Source: Myxococcales bacterium
GTDB taxonomy: Bacteria > Desulfobacterota > Binatia > HRBIN30
Length of the DNA stretch: 64,000 bases
Reading direction: 5' to 3'
Assembly: GCA_037445065.1 (NCBI GenBank)
Contig: JBBILD010000009.1
Location: 111,080-175,079 of the forward strand
Shown here: positions 39,037 through 50,061 of the stretch, in pieces
Layout: every line of letters starts with the position of its first letter
How positions within the stretch are numbered: position 1 is the stretch's first letter
The notes under the pieces: generated by a model
What the model was told of the DNA's origin: nothing
Databases searched by the model: none
The model's input: the letters and a program-made list of their open reading frames with translations, nothing else
Program-made: the position numbers and the translations under genes

Positions 39037-39774
39037 ATGCAAAGCATCGAAGCACAGGGCGAAACCGTCACAGCAGCAATCGAAGCCGGCCTGCGGGAGC
39101 TCGGCCTCGAGCGAGACGCGGTCGACATTGACGTGCTGGATGAAGGCAGCCGCGGCATACTCGGTCTCGGTAGCCGTCCGGCGCGGGTGCGCCTGCGGCC
39201 GAAGACAGACACGAACCGTCAAGAACCTGTGGCGGCAGAGGCAGCGGGTCTGCCTCTGGCGGACACACAAAAACCTGTTGCGGGTGGCCTAAGCGAAGGC
39301 ATCGAACGCGCCAAAAGTTTTATCGAGGAGCTCGTCCGCCTCCTCGGCAGCTCCGTACATCTCACGGTTCGTAACGAAGCGAACCAAGTGGTTTTCGAGC
39401 TTGCTGGGCAAGACACAGGTTTTCTTATCGGCCGGCACGGGCAAATGCTGGACGCCATGGAGTACCTGGTCAATCGCGTGGCCCTCGCCGAAGGTAGTGA
39501 CTCGGCTCGGATCCTACTGGACGTAGAGGGCTACCGCGAACGCCGGCGTGCCTACTTGGAAAGTCTTGCCAAGCGCGTTGGCGCTCAGGTTCGGCGCAAC
39601 CGCAAACCCGTAACCTTGGAGCCAATGAGCCCGCGCGACCGGCGCACGATCCATGTCACGCTGCAACAGGAGCGCGGCGTCGTCACCAAGAGCACCGGCG
39701 AGGGCTACTACCGGCGGGTGGTGGTTTCACCAGCCGAGCCGAGCGGGCCGCGACCACGCTCCGCCCGTTCTTGA
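39037..39774 (+). CDS. jag: Jag/EloR (KhpB) RNA-binding protein
   Basis: Jag_N, KH (LIGRHG), R3H (RDRRTIH). Confidence 0.93.
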   Translation: MQSIEAQGETVTAAIEAGLRELGLERDAVDIDVLDEGSRGILGLGSRPARVRLRPKTDTNRQEPVAAEAAGLPLADTQKPVAGGLSEGIERAKSFIEELVRLLGSSVHLTVRNEANQVVFELAGQDTGFLIGRHGQMLDAMEYLVNRVALAEGSDSARILLDVEGYRERRRAYLESLAKRVGAQVRRNRKPVTLEPMSPRDRRTIHVTLQQERGVVTKSTGEGYYRRVVVSPAEPSGPRPRSARS

Positions 39775-39871
39775 TTAGGACTCGCCCTGCGCAGCTTCCA
39801 ACCCCACGCAGCTGTGTGTGCGCGGCACGTAGAACTGCGCTGGCAAAGCCGATAGACTTTGCCGGCCCGGT

Positions 39872-41257
39872 ATGTACGAGCGAGACACGATTGCTGCCAT
39901 TTCGACGCCCGCGGGCAAGGGAGGGATCGGCGTCGTACGCGTTAGTGGCAGTTTGGCACCGGCCATCGCCTCTCGCGTTTTTCAGGCTTCTATTCCCGTA
40001 CACCGCTGGAAGTCACACCGCCTGTACCGGGGCAAGCTCCTTTCGATCGAGGGGGCGATCTTGGACGACGGACTCGGCGTGTGGATGCGCGCCCCGCAGA
40101 CCTATACGGGGGAAGACGTGGTCGAGATTCACGCCCATGGCAGCCCCGTCGTGCTTCGTCATTTCCTCACCCATGTGTTCGCCAGCGGTGCACGGCCCGC
40201 AGAGCCCGGAGAGTTCACAAAACGAGCCTTTCTGAACGGGCGGCTCGATCTCGCCCAAGCCGAAGCCGTGGCAGACCTAATCGAGGCCCGAACTTTACAC
40301 GGGGCAGCAGCGGCCGCGCAGGCAGTTTGCGGCTCGCTCTCCCGAGTCGTGCAGGAGCTGCGCGAGCGGCTGTTGCACGGACGGGCTCAGGTCGAAGCAC
40401 AAATCGACTTCGGCGATGAAATCGAACTCGCTGACGAACAGGTCGCACGGGCGATCGAGGATGTGCGCGCGCCTCTGGAACGGCTCCTTGCGACCTACCG
40501 CCACGGAGCACTCGTTCGGCACGGGGCGCGGGTTGTTTTGACGGGGAAGCCCAACGTGGGAAAGTCGAGTTTACTGAACGCGCTCCTTGGGGCCGACCGC
40601 GCAATCGTAACGGATTTTCCGGGCACCACGCGCGACACTCTCGAGGAGACCATTGACTGCGAGGGCATTCCGGTCACTCTCATTGACACCGCCGGACTCC
40701 GTGAGGAGCGCACGGCCGATCCGATCGAACGGCTCGGCATGGAGCGCTCCGTGCGCGCAGTCGAGCAGGCCGACCTAGTGCTGTTCTTGATTGACCAACA
40801 CGCGGGCATTGATCGTGATGACCTAGCCATTTTCAAGCAAATCCAGCACCGGTGTCACTTGGTGATTTCCAATAAATCGGACCTTCCAACCGCTCCCACC
40901 TACTACACGGAGCTCCCGCGGCTAGAACCGGGCGGCGCGCGCGTGGTCCGCGTGTCCGCACGTACAGGTGCCGGACTCGATCTCCTCCGTCACTCCATCG
41001 CGCTCGCGCTTGGCGGAGACCAAAGCCCCCCGCCGCTTGGCGAACCGGTGATCGCGCATGCTCGGCATTATGCGGCCCTGGTCCAGGCGCGCGCAGCGCT
41101 CGATCGCGCGCACGAGGCTCTGGACAGGCGTTTGCCGATCGACATTGTGGCAGTGGAGCTCTCCGCCGCAAACGAAGCGCTCGCTTCCATCGTGGGCGAG
41201 GTCTCCGCGGAAGACGTGCTCGAAGAAATTTTTGCGCGCTTTTGCCTCGGCAAGTAA
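39872..41257 (+). CDS. mnmE: tRNA modification GTPase
   Basis: DTIAAISTP, GKPNVGKS, GTTRD, DTAG, NKSD, C-terminal FCLGK. Confidence 0.97.
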   Translation: MYERDTIAAISTPAGKGGIGVVRVSGSLAPAIASRVFQASIPVHRWKSHRLYRGKLLSIEGAILDDGLGVWMRAPQTYTGEDVVEIHAHGSPVVLRHFLTHVFASGARPAEPGEFTKRAFLNGRLDLAQAEAVADLIEARTLHGAAAAAQAVCGSLSRVVQELRERLLHGRAQVEAQIDFGDEIELADEQVARAIEDVRAPLERLLATYRHGALVRHGARVVLTGKPNVGKSSLLNALLGADRAIVTDFPGTTRDTLEETIDCEGIPVTLIDTAGLREERTADPIERLGMERSVRAVEQADLVLFLIDQHAGIDRDDLAIFKQIQHRCHLVISNKSDLPTAPTYYTELPRLEPGGARVVRVSARTGAGLDLLRHSIALALGGDQSPPPLGEPVIAHARHYAALVQARAALDRAHEALDRRLPIDIVAVELSAANEALASIVGEVSAEDVLEEIFARFCLGK

Positions 41258-41315
41258 ACGAGGGGTCTTGCAAAGGCGCACCTCGCCAGGCTTAAGTTTC
41301 GCGGCACTGATCGCT

Positions 41316-41331
41316 TGTTTCACGTGAAACA
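41316..41331. promoter_or_regulatory. parS: parS site (perfect)
   Basis: TGTTTCACGTGAAACA. Confidence 0.93.
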
Positions 41332-41342
41332 AGGAGTTCACA

Positions 41343-43220
41343 ATGGGTCCGTTTGAGACGAGTTTCGATGTCATTGTCGTCGGCGCTGGGCATGCCGGGA
41401 TCGAGGCCGCACTGGCGGCGGCGCGCTTAGGCTGCAGCACCCTGGTGATCACCCTGAACCTCGATCATATCGGACAAATGTCCTGCAACCCAGCCATCGG
41501 GGGGATCGGCAAGGGACACTTGGTCAAGGAGATTGACGCCCTTGGCGGGGAGATGGCTCGCGCCATAGACGAAACCGGCATCCAATTCCGCAAGCTCAAT
41601 ACGAAGAAGGGTCCGGCGGTACGCGCCTCTCGCGCGCAGGCGGACAAGGCTCTCTACCGCCAGCGCATGAAGCGGCGACTCGAGACGGCCGCCGGGATTA
41701 CCCTTTACCAAGGGAGCGTGGAGCGGTTGTTACTGGAGGGAGACCGAGTGTGTGGCGTTGCCACGCAAATGGGTGAAGAGATCCTGGGTAGCACGGTCGT
41801 GCTCACCACGGGAACCTTCCTCAACGGGCTCATTCACGTCGGGCAAAAGCAAATGCAGGCAGGACGGGCGGGAGACTTCGCCGCCACGGGGCTGAGCGAG
41901 CAACTTGCCAGCTTGGGGTTCCCTGTCGGGCGCTTAAAGACAGGCACTTGCCCGCGGCTGGACGCCCGCACCATTGATTTTGCTCGCCTCGAGCCCCAGT
42001 TCGGGGATGAGCCACCCGAGCCGTTTTCTTTCTCCACAGAGCGCATCGAACAGCCGCAAGTCCCCTGCTTCATCACTTATACGAACTCTCGCACCCACGA
42101 GATTATCCGCAGAGCCCTCGACCGCTCACCCTTGTTCTCCGGGCAAATTCGCGGGCGCGGTCCGCGCTACTGTCCTTCCATTGAAGACAAAGTCGTGCGC
42201 TTCGCAGAAAAAGAGCGTCACCAAATCTTCCTCGAGCCGGAAGGCCGAGACACCGTGGAAATTTACCCGAATGGCCTCTCGACCAGCCTTCCGCTCGAGG
42301 TGCAGATCGAGATGGTCCATAGTATTCCGGGCTTGGAAGAAGCCCGCATTATGCGCCCCGGGTACGCGATCGAGTACGATTACGTAGACCCGACCGAGCT
42401 CTTCCCTTGGCTCGAAACGAAACGCGTGCGCAACTTGTTCCACGCAGGGCAGATCAACGGAACGACCGGCTACGAAGAGGCAGCCGCCCAGGGACTGATT
42501 GCGGGCATCAACGCGGCCTTACGCGTACAGGGCAGGCCACCGTTTACCTTGCGGCGCGACCAAGCCTACATCGGTGTACTCGTTGACGACCTAGTGACCA
42601 GAGGGGTGGGCGGGGAACCGTATCGGATGTTTACGTCGCGTGCCGAGTACCGCCTTTTGCTCCGCGAGGACAATGCGGACTTGCGGCTTACCCCAATCGC
42701 GCGCCAAATCGGTGCCGTAAGCGAGGCAGCGTGGGAACGAACGAACGAGAAGCAGCGGCAAGTAGAGGCAGAGAAAGCTCGGCTCGAATCCACCGTTCTT
42801 TTCCCCACTCCTGAGACTAACGCCAAGTTGCGGCAGTTGGGCACGGCAGAGATCGTCAACCCCACCTCCCTGGCGCAACTCTTACGCCGGCCCGAGGTAG
42901 ACTACGCCAAGATCACGTTGGTGGCCCCCCCATCGCAAGCGCTGCCGGCCCACGTTGGGGCGCAAGTAGAAGTCGATATGAAGTATGCCGGGTACGTCAA
43001 GCGCCAACTGGAGGCGGTGGAGCGGTTGCGGCGGATGGAAGACACGCCGATCCCGCCCGACTTTGACTATACCCGGCTCAGCGGCTTATCCCGCGAGGCA
43101 CAAGAAAAGCTTTCTCGAATCCGTCCCCGCTCTCTGGGCCAGGCAGCCCGGGTTCCAGGGCTTACGCCAGCAGCGCTTTCCCTCCTCTCCGTGTATTTGA
43201 AACGTGCCGGCGCGAACTGA
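41343..43220 (+). CDS. mnmG: tRNA uridine 5-carboxymethylaminomethyl modification enzyme
   Basis: [52 protein letters not shown]. Confidence 0.98.
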   Translation: MGPFETSFDVIVVGAGHAGIEAALAAARLGCSTLVITLNLDHIGQMSCNPAIGGIGKGHLVKEIDALGGEMARAIDETGIQFRKLNTKKGPAVRASRAQADKALYRQRMKRRLETAAGITLYQGSVERLLLEGDRVCGVATQMGEEILGSTVVLTTGTFLNGLIHVGQKQMQAGRAGDFAATGLSEQLASLGFPVGRLKTGTCPRLDARTIDFARLEPQFGDEPPEPFSFSTERIEQPQVPCFITYTNSRTHEIIRRALDRSPLFSGQIRGRGPRYCPSIEDKVVRFAEKERHQIFLEPEGRDTVEIYPNGLSTSLPLEVQIEMVHSIPGLEEARIMRPGYAIEYDYVDPTELFPWLETKRVRNLFHAGQINGTTGYEEAAAQGLIAGINAALRVQGRPPFTLRRDQAYIGVLVDDLVTRGVGGEPYRMFTSRAEYRLLLREDNADLRLTPIARQIGAVSEAAWERTNEKQRQVEAEKARLESTVLFPTPETNAKLRQLGTAEIVNPTSLAQLLRRPEVDYAKITLVAPPSQALPAHVGAQVEVDMKYAGYVKRQLEAVERLRRMEDTPIPPDFDYTRLSGLSREAQEKLSRIRPRSLGQAARVPGLTPAALSLLSVYLKRAGAN

Positions 43221-43899
43221 ACCATCCGACTCAGCGGCCGTGCTCGCGGCACTCCGGCAAGCCGCCCGTCAGCAACTTCACCTCAATCTACTCGAAGCCA
43301 CGCTGTACACGCTGGAACGCTTCGCCCAGCTCCTGCTGTATTGGAACCGTTCGGTTTCCCTGACCGGAGCGGCCACACTCGAGGAAGTCCTCCTCGATCA
43401 CGTGCTCGACAGTCTGGCTCTCGCGCCACTCCTGCCTTCGGGAGCGCGGGTAGCGGATTTAGGGAGTGGCGCAGGCTTTCCCGGCATCCCTACAGCTGTG
43501 GTTCGCCAGGACTGCCTTTTTTGGCTCGTGGAGTCGCGCCGGAAGCGCGCGAACTTTCTGCGCGAAGCGAAGCGCGAACTCGGCCTAAAGCATGCAGAGA
43601 TCGTGGAAGCCCGCGCGGAAACCCTTGCCGATTGCTTTGCAGCCCGGTTCGACGTTGTTACCTCGCGCGCGCTGGGCAAGCTTTCTGTCTTCCTGGACCT
43701 TGCTGAGCCTCTATTGGCCGAGGGCGGCCTCGCGGTAGCGTTCAAGGGTCCGTCCCTCACGCAAGAAGCGGCCACTCATCGGAGACTCCACCACGAGCGG
43801 GATATCTGGTACTCCTTGCCGAAAGGCCAACGGCACTGCCTAACCACGTTCCGAAAGCCTGTTCCACGTGAAACACTTCCCGACTCCGGCAGAACGTGA
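43204..43899 (+). CDS. rsmG: 16S rRNA m7G527 methyltransferase
   Basis: [26 protein letters not shown]. Confidence 0.95.
   Translation: MPARTEPSDSAAVLAALRQAARQQLHLNLLEATLYTLERFAQLLLYWNRSVSLTGAATLEEVLLDHVLDSLALAPLLPSGARVADLGSGAGFPGIPTAVVRQDCLFWLVESRRKRANFLREAKRELGLKHAEIVEARAETLADCFAARFDVVTSRALGKLSVFLDLAEPLLAEGGLAVAFKGPSLTQEAATHRRLHHERDIWYSLPKGQRHCLTTFRKPVPRETLPDSGRT
43860..43875. promoter_or_regulatory. parS: parS site inside the rsmG 3' end
   Basis: TGTTCCACGTGAAACA. Confidence 0.9.
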
Positions 43900-43934
43900 T
43901 AGGACAGCGGCGGTCGCGAGAGAGGCGGATTAGG

Positions 43935-44747
43935 GTGGGACGAGTTATCTGCATTGCCAACCAAAAAGGCGGCGTTGGCAAGACAACCACAGCGGTGAAT
44001 CTGGCGGCTTGCCTGGCGCTGTCTGGCCATCGCGTTTTGCTGATCGACTTAGACCCGCAGGCAAGCGCAACCAGCGGACTCGGCCTAAAGGCGTCTGCAG
44101 ACCGGCCTACCACTTACGAAGTGCTTCTCAGCGAAGTGCCCGTTGCAGAAGCACTTCTTTCCAACCCCGACATACCCGGCCTCGAGGTCGTACCGGCCAC
44201 GCGCGATTTGGTGGGTGCCGAGATCGAGCTGGTACCCTTGCTGGCACGCGAGCACCGCTTGGCGGAGGCAGTGCGGCCGGTAAAGCATTCCTACGCTTAC
44301 GTGCTCATTGACTGCCCCCCGTCGCTTGGCCTCTTGACCTTGAATGGGCTTACGAGTGCGGACAGCGTGCTGGTCCCCGTACAATGCGAGTATTACGCGC
44401 TGGAAGGCCTGTCCTCACTGATGGAGACGGTGGAGCTAGTGCGCAAGCGGCTAAATCCTGCACTGCGCCTCGAAGGAGTCGTGCTGACCATGTTCGATTC
44501 GCGCAACACGCTGTCGCGGGAGGTTGGCGAAGAGGTGCGCCGCTTCTTCCCCGGCCAGGTATTCCAGAACGTGATCCCCCGCAATGTGCGCGTCAGCGAG
44601 GCGCCAAGCCACGGTAAACCCGTTATACTGTACGATCCCGATTGCAGAGGAGCGGCTGCCTATCACTCGCTTTGCCAGGAGCTTTTAGCTGGCGGGCCGG
44701 CTGTAGAATCGCGAACCGAACAACCATCTGGAGTCGAGGAGGGGTAG
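43935..44747 (+). CDS. parA: Chromosome partitioning ATPase
   Basis: [36 protein letters not shown]. Confidence 0.96.
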   Translation: MGRVICIANQKGGVGKTTTAVNLAACLALSGHRVLLIDLDPQASATSGLGLKASADRPTTYEVLLSEVPVAEALLSNPDIPGLEVVPATRDLVGAEIELVPLLAREHRLAEAVRPVKHSYAYVLIDCPPSLGLLTLNGLTSADSVLVPVQCEYYALEGLSSLMETVELVRKRLNPALRLEGVVLTMFDSRNTLSREVGEEVRRFFPGQVFQNVIPRNVRVSEAPSHGKPVILYDPDCRGAAAYHSLCQELLAGGPAVESRTEQPSGVEEG

Positions 44748-44750
44748 AGG

Positions 44751-45608
44751 ATGGAGCAGGGGACGAAACGCAAAGGGTTGGGCAGAGGCTTGGAAGCATT
44801 GATTCCCGTTTCCGGGGACTTCCTCGGCAGTAGGAGTAGGCAGGCCGAGGTCGTGGCCGTTCCGATCGCGAAAATCCAACCGAATCCATACCAACCGCGC
44901 AGACATTTTTCGCCGGAGCGGCTCCGAGAATTGGCCGACTCGATTCGACAACACGGCCTCCTCCAGCCCATCGTCGTGGCGGAGCGAGATGGCGGTTACG
45001 AACTGATTGCCGGCGAACGCCGCCTGCGGGCAGCTCAATTAGTGGGGCTGTCTACCGTTCCCGCGGTAATCCGATCCGCCGACTCTCGAACCTCCCTTGC
45101 CTTCGCTCTGATCGAAAACTTGCAGCGGGAAGACCTGAATCCAATCGAGGAAGCGCTCGCTTACCGGAGACTGCAAGCAGAATTCGGACTGACTCAGCAG
45201 GAAATTGCGGAGCAAGTTGGCAAATCTCGTTCTACAGTGGCAAACAGCATGCGGCTCTTGCAGCTTCCACAAGAAATCCAGGAGGCGCTTGCTCAGGGCC
45301 GGCTGTCGGCAGGGCATGCACGCGCCATTTTGGCAATTGACGATGCGGAGGAACAAAAGCGCTTCGCGAACGCGTTGCTGCAGGAGTCCACAAGTGTGCG
45401 CGCAGCCGAGCGCCTCGCGCGGCGCGAAAGCGGAAAACGGACTCCCCGCCATCCTGATTGGGATGCAGCAGAAGAGGCTTTGCGCCGCACCCTCGGCCTC
45501 AAAGTCCACTTGCGCGTGCGAGCGGACGGTTCCGGAAAGCTCGAGATCGAGTACCCCTCGGTAGACGTACTCAACCAGTTGCTCGATCGCTTGGGCGTAC
45601 AGGTGTAG
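44751..45608 (+). CDS. parB: Chromosome partitioning protein
   Basis: GLGRGLEALI, NPYQPR, AGERRLRA, ENLQREDL, HTH GKSRSTVAN. Confidence 0.97.
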   Translation: MEQGTKRKGLGRGLEALIPVSGDFLGSRSRQAEVVAVPIAKIQPNPYQPRRHFSPERLRELADSIRQHGLLQPIVVAERDGGYELIAGERRLRAAQLVGLSTVPAVIRSADSRTSLAFALIENLQREDLNPIEEALAYRRLQAEFGLTQQEIAEQVGKSRSTVANSMRLLQLPQEIQEALAQGRLSAGHARAILAIDDAEEQKRFANALLQESTSVRAAERLARRESGKRTPRHPDWDAAEEALRRTLGLKVHLRVRADGSGKLEIEYPSVDVLNQLLDRLGVQV

Positions 45609-45633
45609 GGCCCCCGAGTCCAACCCCACGCCT

Positions 45634-47358
45634 CTATCCAGCCGGGGCCGTCCTCCTCCAGCCCTCTTCCGCCTCGCGAGCTGCGGCCGAACCGCGGGGC
45701 AACAGACGCATGGCCATCCGGTAACTCGCCGCGGCTTCCTCCGAACGCCCCAGCGCTTCCAGTGCGATTGCCCGCTCGAGATGAGCGGCGGCGAACTCCG
45801 GCTGCTTTGCAAGTTTGCGCTCACAGGCTTCGAGTGCCGCGCTCGCCCCGCGCGCCTGGCGAAGCGCTTCCGCGTAGCGGCGGAATGCATAGTCCGCGCG
45901 CGGCCGCAGCGAACTAGCGCGCTCGAAAAAATCCACAGCGCGATCCCACTGCCCGAGTTCGCGGTAATGGAGCCCTAAGTTATAAGGGGCAAGGAAGCCC
46001 TGCGGGTCGCGAGCTTGCACCCGCAGCCAAAAGCGTTCGTTGTCCTTCCAGTGACCGGTCTCCAAGTGGCTCAAAAAGGTGAGCACGAGTAACGGCGTGA
46101 ACACAAAGGGGCGCCCGTTCGCCGGCAGCGCTGAGAGACGTTTCCCAGCGAAACGAACCATTCGGTCCCAAGCCGCTCCCGCGGCAATGCCAATGCCGAT
46201 CATGGAAAAATACAGGAAGTGGTCGGCCACGAAGCTGTACGTGAGAAAGTTGAAGCTCTGTAACCCGGAAACGGGTACGAGAAATGTGACGAACAAAAGC
46301 AATCCCCAAGTGGCAAGAACTGGGATGCGCCTTGCCCAGACCAGCGCGGCCCCAGCCAGCACCAGGAGGGCAAACGGAGCGATCCACCAGGACAGCGAGG
46401 CCGCGTCCGGCTCCCAGCGCGGGTAGATGGGCGCCAGTGCGGCCGGCCACGCAATTGTCCGCAAATAAAAAGCCAACGCATTGGTCGCGATCAAGAATCG
46501 CTCGACGGGCGAAAACTCTGGGGTCCACTCCTTTCGCTCGTACCCCAGTGTAAGCCACGCCGCGAGCGCGGCCACGGCCAAGAACGGCAGCCCCAAGGCA
46601 AGCCTTTGCCCACGGCGTGTGTGCCCTGGCGACGCGCCTTGGCTTGCTTCTGGCGCGCCAGGGTAGAGCAACAAAGCGAGAGGAAGCCCGACCACCTGGG
46701 TCTTGGCCAGCAAGGCCAGAACGAAACTGGCAAAGCTCGCCCCGTATGCGAGTGCGGAGTCTCGCGCACAACAGCGGACAAAAGCGCACAGACTCAACAG
46801 CAAAAAGAGAGCGCCGAGCACGTTTTTCCTCTCTGCGACCCACGCGACCGAAGCCACCTGCACTGGGTGCAGTGCAAAAATCCCCGCGCCCAGTGCCGCC
46901 CCTGGCAGAGACACTCCGAGTCCGCGCAGTAGCGCGAAGGCCAGGCCCGCATTGATCAGGTGCAAGCACAGGTTGGTTGCGTGGTAAGCGCGGGCGTCCA
47001 ACCCCCAAAGCCTGTACTCTAACCAAAAAGATGAAAAGGTCAGCGGGTAGTACTGCTGTGTGGCGCGCGCCGAGGGGTCCCAAATCTTGAACAGTCCGGC
47101 GCCGTCCCGGAGCAGCGGATTGGCGGTAACATAGTACTGATCGTCCCAGCGCAGGAAATCTGCGCCGAGCACTCGTACGAAGGCAACGAGCGTAAGAACG
47201 AGGAGAGGGGCCAACCACAAGGTGGTCTCCGCCAGCGATGCGGGAGGTGGACTAGAGCTTTCGGCACCTGGCATACCCGTGACCACGGTCGCCCGCGCCT
47301 TGGCCTGCACTCCCGGCGGTCCTACTGGTTTTTCGCGGCCTCGGCGCCGTTTCCCCAT
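45634..47358 (-). CDS. GT-C fold membrane glycosyltransferase with C-terminal TPRs (TMTC-like)
   Basis: WDD..YV, YYPLTFSSFW, YHATN..LH, FALHPVQVASVAWVAERK, ADHFLY, TPR helices. Confidence 0.8.
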   Translation of the reverse strand: MGKRRRGREKPVGPPGVQAKARATVVTGMPGAESSSPPPASLAETTLWLAPLLVLTLVAFVRVLGADFLRWDDQYYVTANPLLRDGAGLFKIWDPSARATQQYYPLTFSSFWLEYRLWGLDARAYHATNLCLHLINAGLAFALLRGLGVSLPGAALGAGIFALHPVQVASVAWVAERKNVLGALFLLLSLCAFVRCCARDSALAYGASFASFVLALLAKTQVVGLPLALLLYPGAPEASQGASPGHTRRGQRLALGLPFLAVAALAAWLTLGYERKEWTPEFSPVERFLIATNALAFYLRTIAWPAALAPIYPRWEPDAASLSWWIAPFALLVLAGAALVWARRIPVLATWGLLLFVTFLVPVSGLQSFNFLTYSFVADHFLYFSMIGIGIAAGAAWDRMVRFAGKRLSALPANGRPFVFTPLLVLTFLSHLETGHWKDNERFWLRVQARDPQGFLAPYNLGLHYRELGQWDRAVDFFERASSLRPRADYAFRRYAEALRQARGASAALEACERKLAKQPEFAAAHLERAIALEALGRSEEAAASYRMAMRLLPRGSAAAREAEEGWRRTAPAG

Positions 47359-47699
47359 GAGATCAGCTTGATACCGGGAAGCCGCGTCGCCGCTCAAGAG
47401 CGGCCAACAGCTCTTCCGGCTCTGCCTGTGACCCTCCTGCGTATGAACCGAGAAGGAGCCGGAGGAAGCCACCAGCCCACCGCCCCGAGCCTGCGGCGCG
47501 ATCCGCGCGCTACCTCCCTCCGTCTACACGACCATCCTGGCGGCGCTGCGATCAGCTCTGCCCGCCGGCGGCGGTGGTCACTTCACTCTACCACGAACTC
47601 GCAACGATTGGCCTCCATCTCCTCCCGCGATTTTTCCTGGCACGCCACCGGCAGCTCCACGACCCGTTTTCGCAAGCTCGCCTAATGTGGAAGGCCATT

Positions 47700-47728
47700 T
47701 TGACAAGCTCTAGGCATGATGTTATACG
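47700..47728 (+). promoter_or_regulatory. Putative sigma70 promoter for bactofilin
   Basis: TTGACA-N17-TATACG with TG extended -10. Confidence 0.5.
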
Positions 47729-47767
47729 CGGCTCGCTTTTCGAATCCCCTCCCGGGAGGAGCGAGTC

Positions 47768-48319
47768 ATGGCCTTATTTGGCAAGGACGACAAACCGCAG
47801 CGTTCCGAAGATGCCAGGCCAGCGTTTATCAACTCGCCGGTCTTGCCCGGGGAGCCCGTGCCCGCGGAGCCGAGTGTGCAAGCGCACCTCGGTAAGGGGA
47901 GTCGAATCGAGGGCAAGCTCACCTTCGAAGGGAGCGTGCGCATTGATGGCCAGGTCGAAGGAGAGATCCAGGCCCAGGAAGCGGTCATCATCGGTGAGAG
48001 CGCCATGTTGAATGCGCAGGTAACGGCCGGAACGGTGATCCTCACTGGCAAGCTTACGGGAGACGTGACGGCGCGCAAACGGATCGAACTCCGTGCCCCG
48101 GCTCGCCTCATCGGCAACATTTCTACTCCGTGCCTAGTCATTCACGAAGGGGTCGTTTTCGAAGGCCGCTGCACGATGGGCGGGGCGGCCTCGGGTGAAG
48201 CGAAAGCCGCCGCGGGGACTAATCCAGCGGAGCGGCCAAAAGTAGCACAGTTCCCCCGTGATGAGCGCCCTGGCGCGGCCCAGGCGGCCACTGTGGGAGG
48301 GAGCAAAGCGGGTAGCTGA
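47768..48319 (+). CDS. Bactofilin (polymer-forming cytoskeletal protein)
   Basis: LGKGSRIEGKLTFEGSVRIDGQVEGEI...GVVFEGRC beta-helix repeats. Confidence 0.92.
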   Translation: MALFGKDDKPQRSEDARPAFINSPVLPGEPVPAEPSVQAHLGKGSRIEGKLTFEGSVRIDGQVEGEIQAQEAVIIGESAMLNAQVTAGTVILTGKLTGDVTARKRIELRAPARLIGNISTPCLVIHEGVVFEGRCTMGGAASGEAKAAAGTNPAERPKVAQFPRDERPGAAQAATVGGSKAGS

Positions 48320-48347
48320 AAAGGTCCTGACTCGTATCCCAAGAACC

Positions 48348-48402
48348 CAAACGAACGCCTCGCCCGGACGCCTCAAAGGGCACCGGGCGAGGCGTTCGTT
48401 TG
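48348..48402. terminator. Hairpin with 20-bp perfect stem between bactofilin and atpF'
   Basis: caaacgaacgcctcgcccgg / ccgggcgaggcgttcgtttg. Confidence 0.65.
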
Positions 48403-48478
48403 CGGAAGCAGAAAACGGAATAACTTATGAAGCTGATGATTCGAACTGAAACTGAAGTAGCAATGAGGTCGTGAGCGC

Positions 48479-48913
48479 ATGCTGGCATTTCCGCCCGACT
48501 TTACTTTCCTCATTCAGATCGTCTCCTTTCTGATCCTTTGGCAACTTTTGCGTAAGTTGGCCTGGGAACCGATGCTCGCCGTGCTGCAGGAACGCGAGGA
48601 GCGCACCGCTGGTAACCGCAGGCGGGCCGAGGCGTTGCGCGGCGAGGCGCAGGAGAGCCAGCGTCGTTACGAGGAAGAAATGGGGCGCGCGCGGGCACGG
48701 ATGCACGCGGAGGTGAGCAAAGTGCGCGCGCAGATCCAGGAGCAGGAGCGAGCTGCCATTCAGCTCGCGCGGCGCGAGGCGAGCGAGCGGCTTGCGGCCC
48801 AGCGTGCCGCCTTGGCTAAAGAAGCAGAAGCCGTGCGCGTCGCCTTTGCCGAGCAGGCTCAGGAACTGTCGCGGGTGATCGCCGCACGGCTGCTCGGGAG
48901 GGAGCCCCAATGA
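48479..48913 (+). CDS. atpF2: ATP synthase F0 subunit b'
   Basis: TFLIQIVSFLIL TM then coiled coil (ERE.R..G). Confidence 0.88.
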   Translation: MLAFPPDFTFLIQIVSFLILWQLLRKLAWEPMLAVLQEREERTAGNRRRAEALRGEAQESQRRYEEEMGRARARMHAEVSKVRAQIQEQERAAIQLARREASERLAAQRAALAKEAEAVRVAFAEQAQELSRVIAARLLGREPQ

Positions 48914-49488
48914 GTCGCTTCCGCATGGGATTTGCTAGCGGGCTCGCACTGCTAGCGCTGGCGCCCGCTTGGGCGGCTGCTCCCTCTCACGGTGAACAAG
49001 CACACGGCCACGGGCCCCCTTGGGCAACCCTGTTCTTTACGGTCATCAACTTCTTGATCTTCGTGTGGCTGCTGGCCCGCTATGTCTGGCCCCAAATGCG
49101 CCTTTGGCTGCGCGAACGGCATACCGCAGTGGTCAGCGAACTCGAAACCGCCGCCAAGCTTCGCGAAGAAGCAGAGCGGCTGCGCGCGCAATGGGCGGAG
49201 CGGCTTGCGCGTGTCGAGCAAGAAGTTGCAACACTCCGGCAGAGTCTGCTCGCGGATCTCGAGCGGGAGCGGCAGCGCGTTCTTGCCGAGGCGGAGAAAG
49301 TCGCGGCGGCGATTCGGCACGATGCCGAGCGGCAAGCCGTGGCGGAACTGCGCCGCCTCGAAGAAGAGCTGCGCGCCGAGCTAGTTCTGCGCGCGCAAGA
49401 ACTCGCGCGTGTCTGGGTGCGCAACAATTGGACGGCGGCGGATCAGCAGCGAGCGGTCGAAGAATTCTTACGGCAGGTACCCTCATGA
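48910..49488 (+). CDS. atpF: ATP synthase F0 subunit b
   Basis: His-rich N-terminal extension, INFLIFVWLL TM, coiled coil. Confidence 0.88.
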   Translation: MSRFRMGFASGLALLALAPAWAAAPSHGEQAHGHGPPWATLFFTVINFLIFVWLLARYVWPQMRLWLRERHTAVVSELETAAKLREEAERLRAQWAERLARVEQEVATLRQSLLADLERERQRVLAEAEKVAAAIRHDAERQAVAELRRLEEELRAELVLRAQELARVWVRNNWTAADQQRAVEEFLRQVPS

Positions 49489-50027
49489 GCGCAGTGGCTC
49501 GGCGTTACGCAAAAGCCCTCTTCGAGCTTGCAGCGGAGCCAGGCTCGCGCGAGCAAATTGCTCGCGAACTCGAGCTGTTGCGCGGCGTTGTGGCATCCGC
49601 AGAGCTTGCCCCAATGTGGAACAATCCACGCTTAACCGCGGAGCAACGCCGCGCGTTGGTGGCAGCCCTTCAGCGGGAACTGCAGCTCAGTGAACTCCTC
49701 GGCCGCTTCCTGCACTGCCTCGCTGATGCAAAGCGGCTGCGCGAGCTTCCCAGTATCGAGCAAGCCTTCGAGCAACTCTTCGATGAGTCGCTACGCCGCA
49801 CCCGTGCGGTGTTCCGGTCTGCGCTGCCGCTCGATGAAACCACGCTCGACCGCCTGCGCGCGCGCTTTACTGCCCTGACCGAGAAAGAGGTGTTGGTGCG
49901 CACCGAAGTCGACCCCGAGTTGCTGGGGGGGATTGTGGTCGAGGTCGAGGGAAAGATCTTCGACGGCAGCGTGCGTACCCAACTCGCTCGCATGGCGGCG
50001 CGCCTGGTCGGCGCCGCCTCTCACTGA
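49485..50027 (+). CDS. atpH: ATP synthase F1 subunit delta
   Basis: [10 protein letters not shown]...VDPELLGG...FDGSVRTQL. Confidence 0.95.
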   Translation: MSAVARRYAKALFELAAEPGSREQIARELELLRGVVASAELAPMWNNPRLTAEQRRALVAALQRELQLSELLGRFLHCLADAKRLRELPSIEQAFEQLFDESLRRTRAVFRSALPLDETTLDRLRARFTALTEKEVLVRTEVDPELLGGIVVEVEGKIFDGSVRTQLARMAARLVGAASH

Positions 50028-50061
50028 TCCCGTCGCCAAGAAAAAAGGAGACACACGACTC

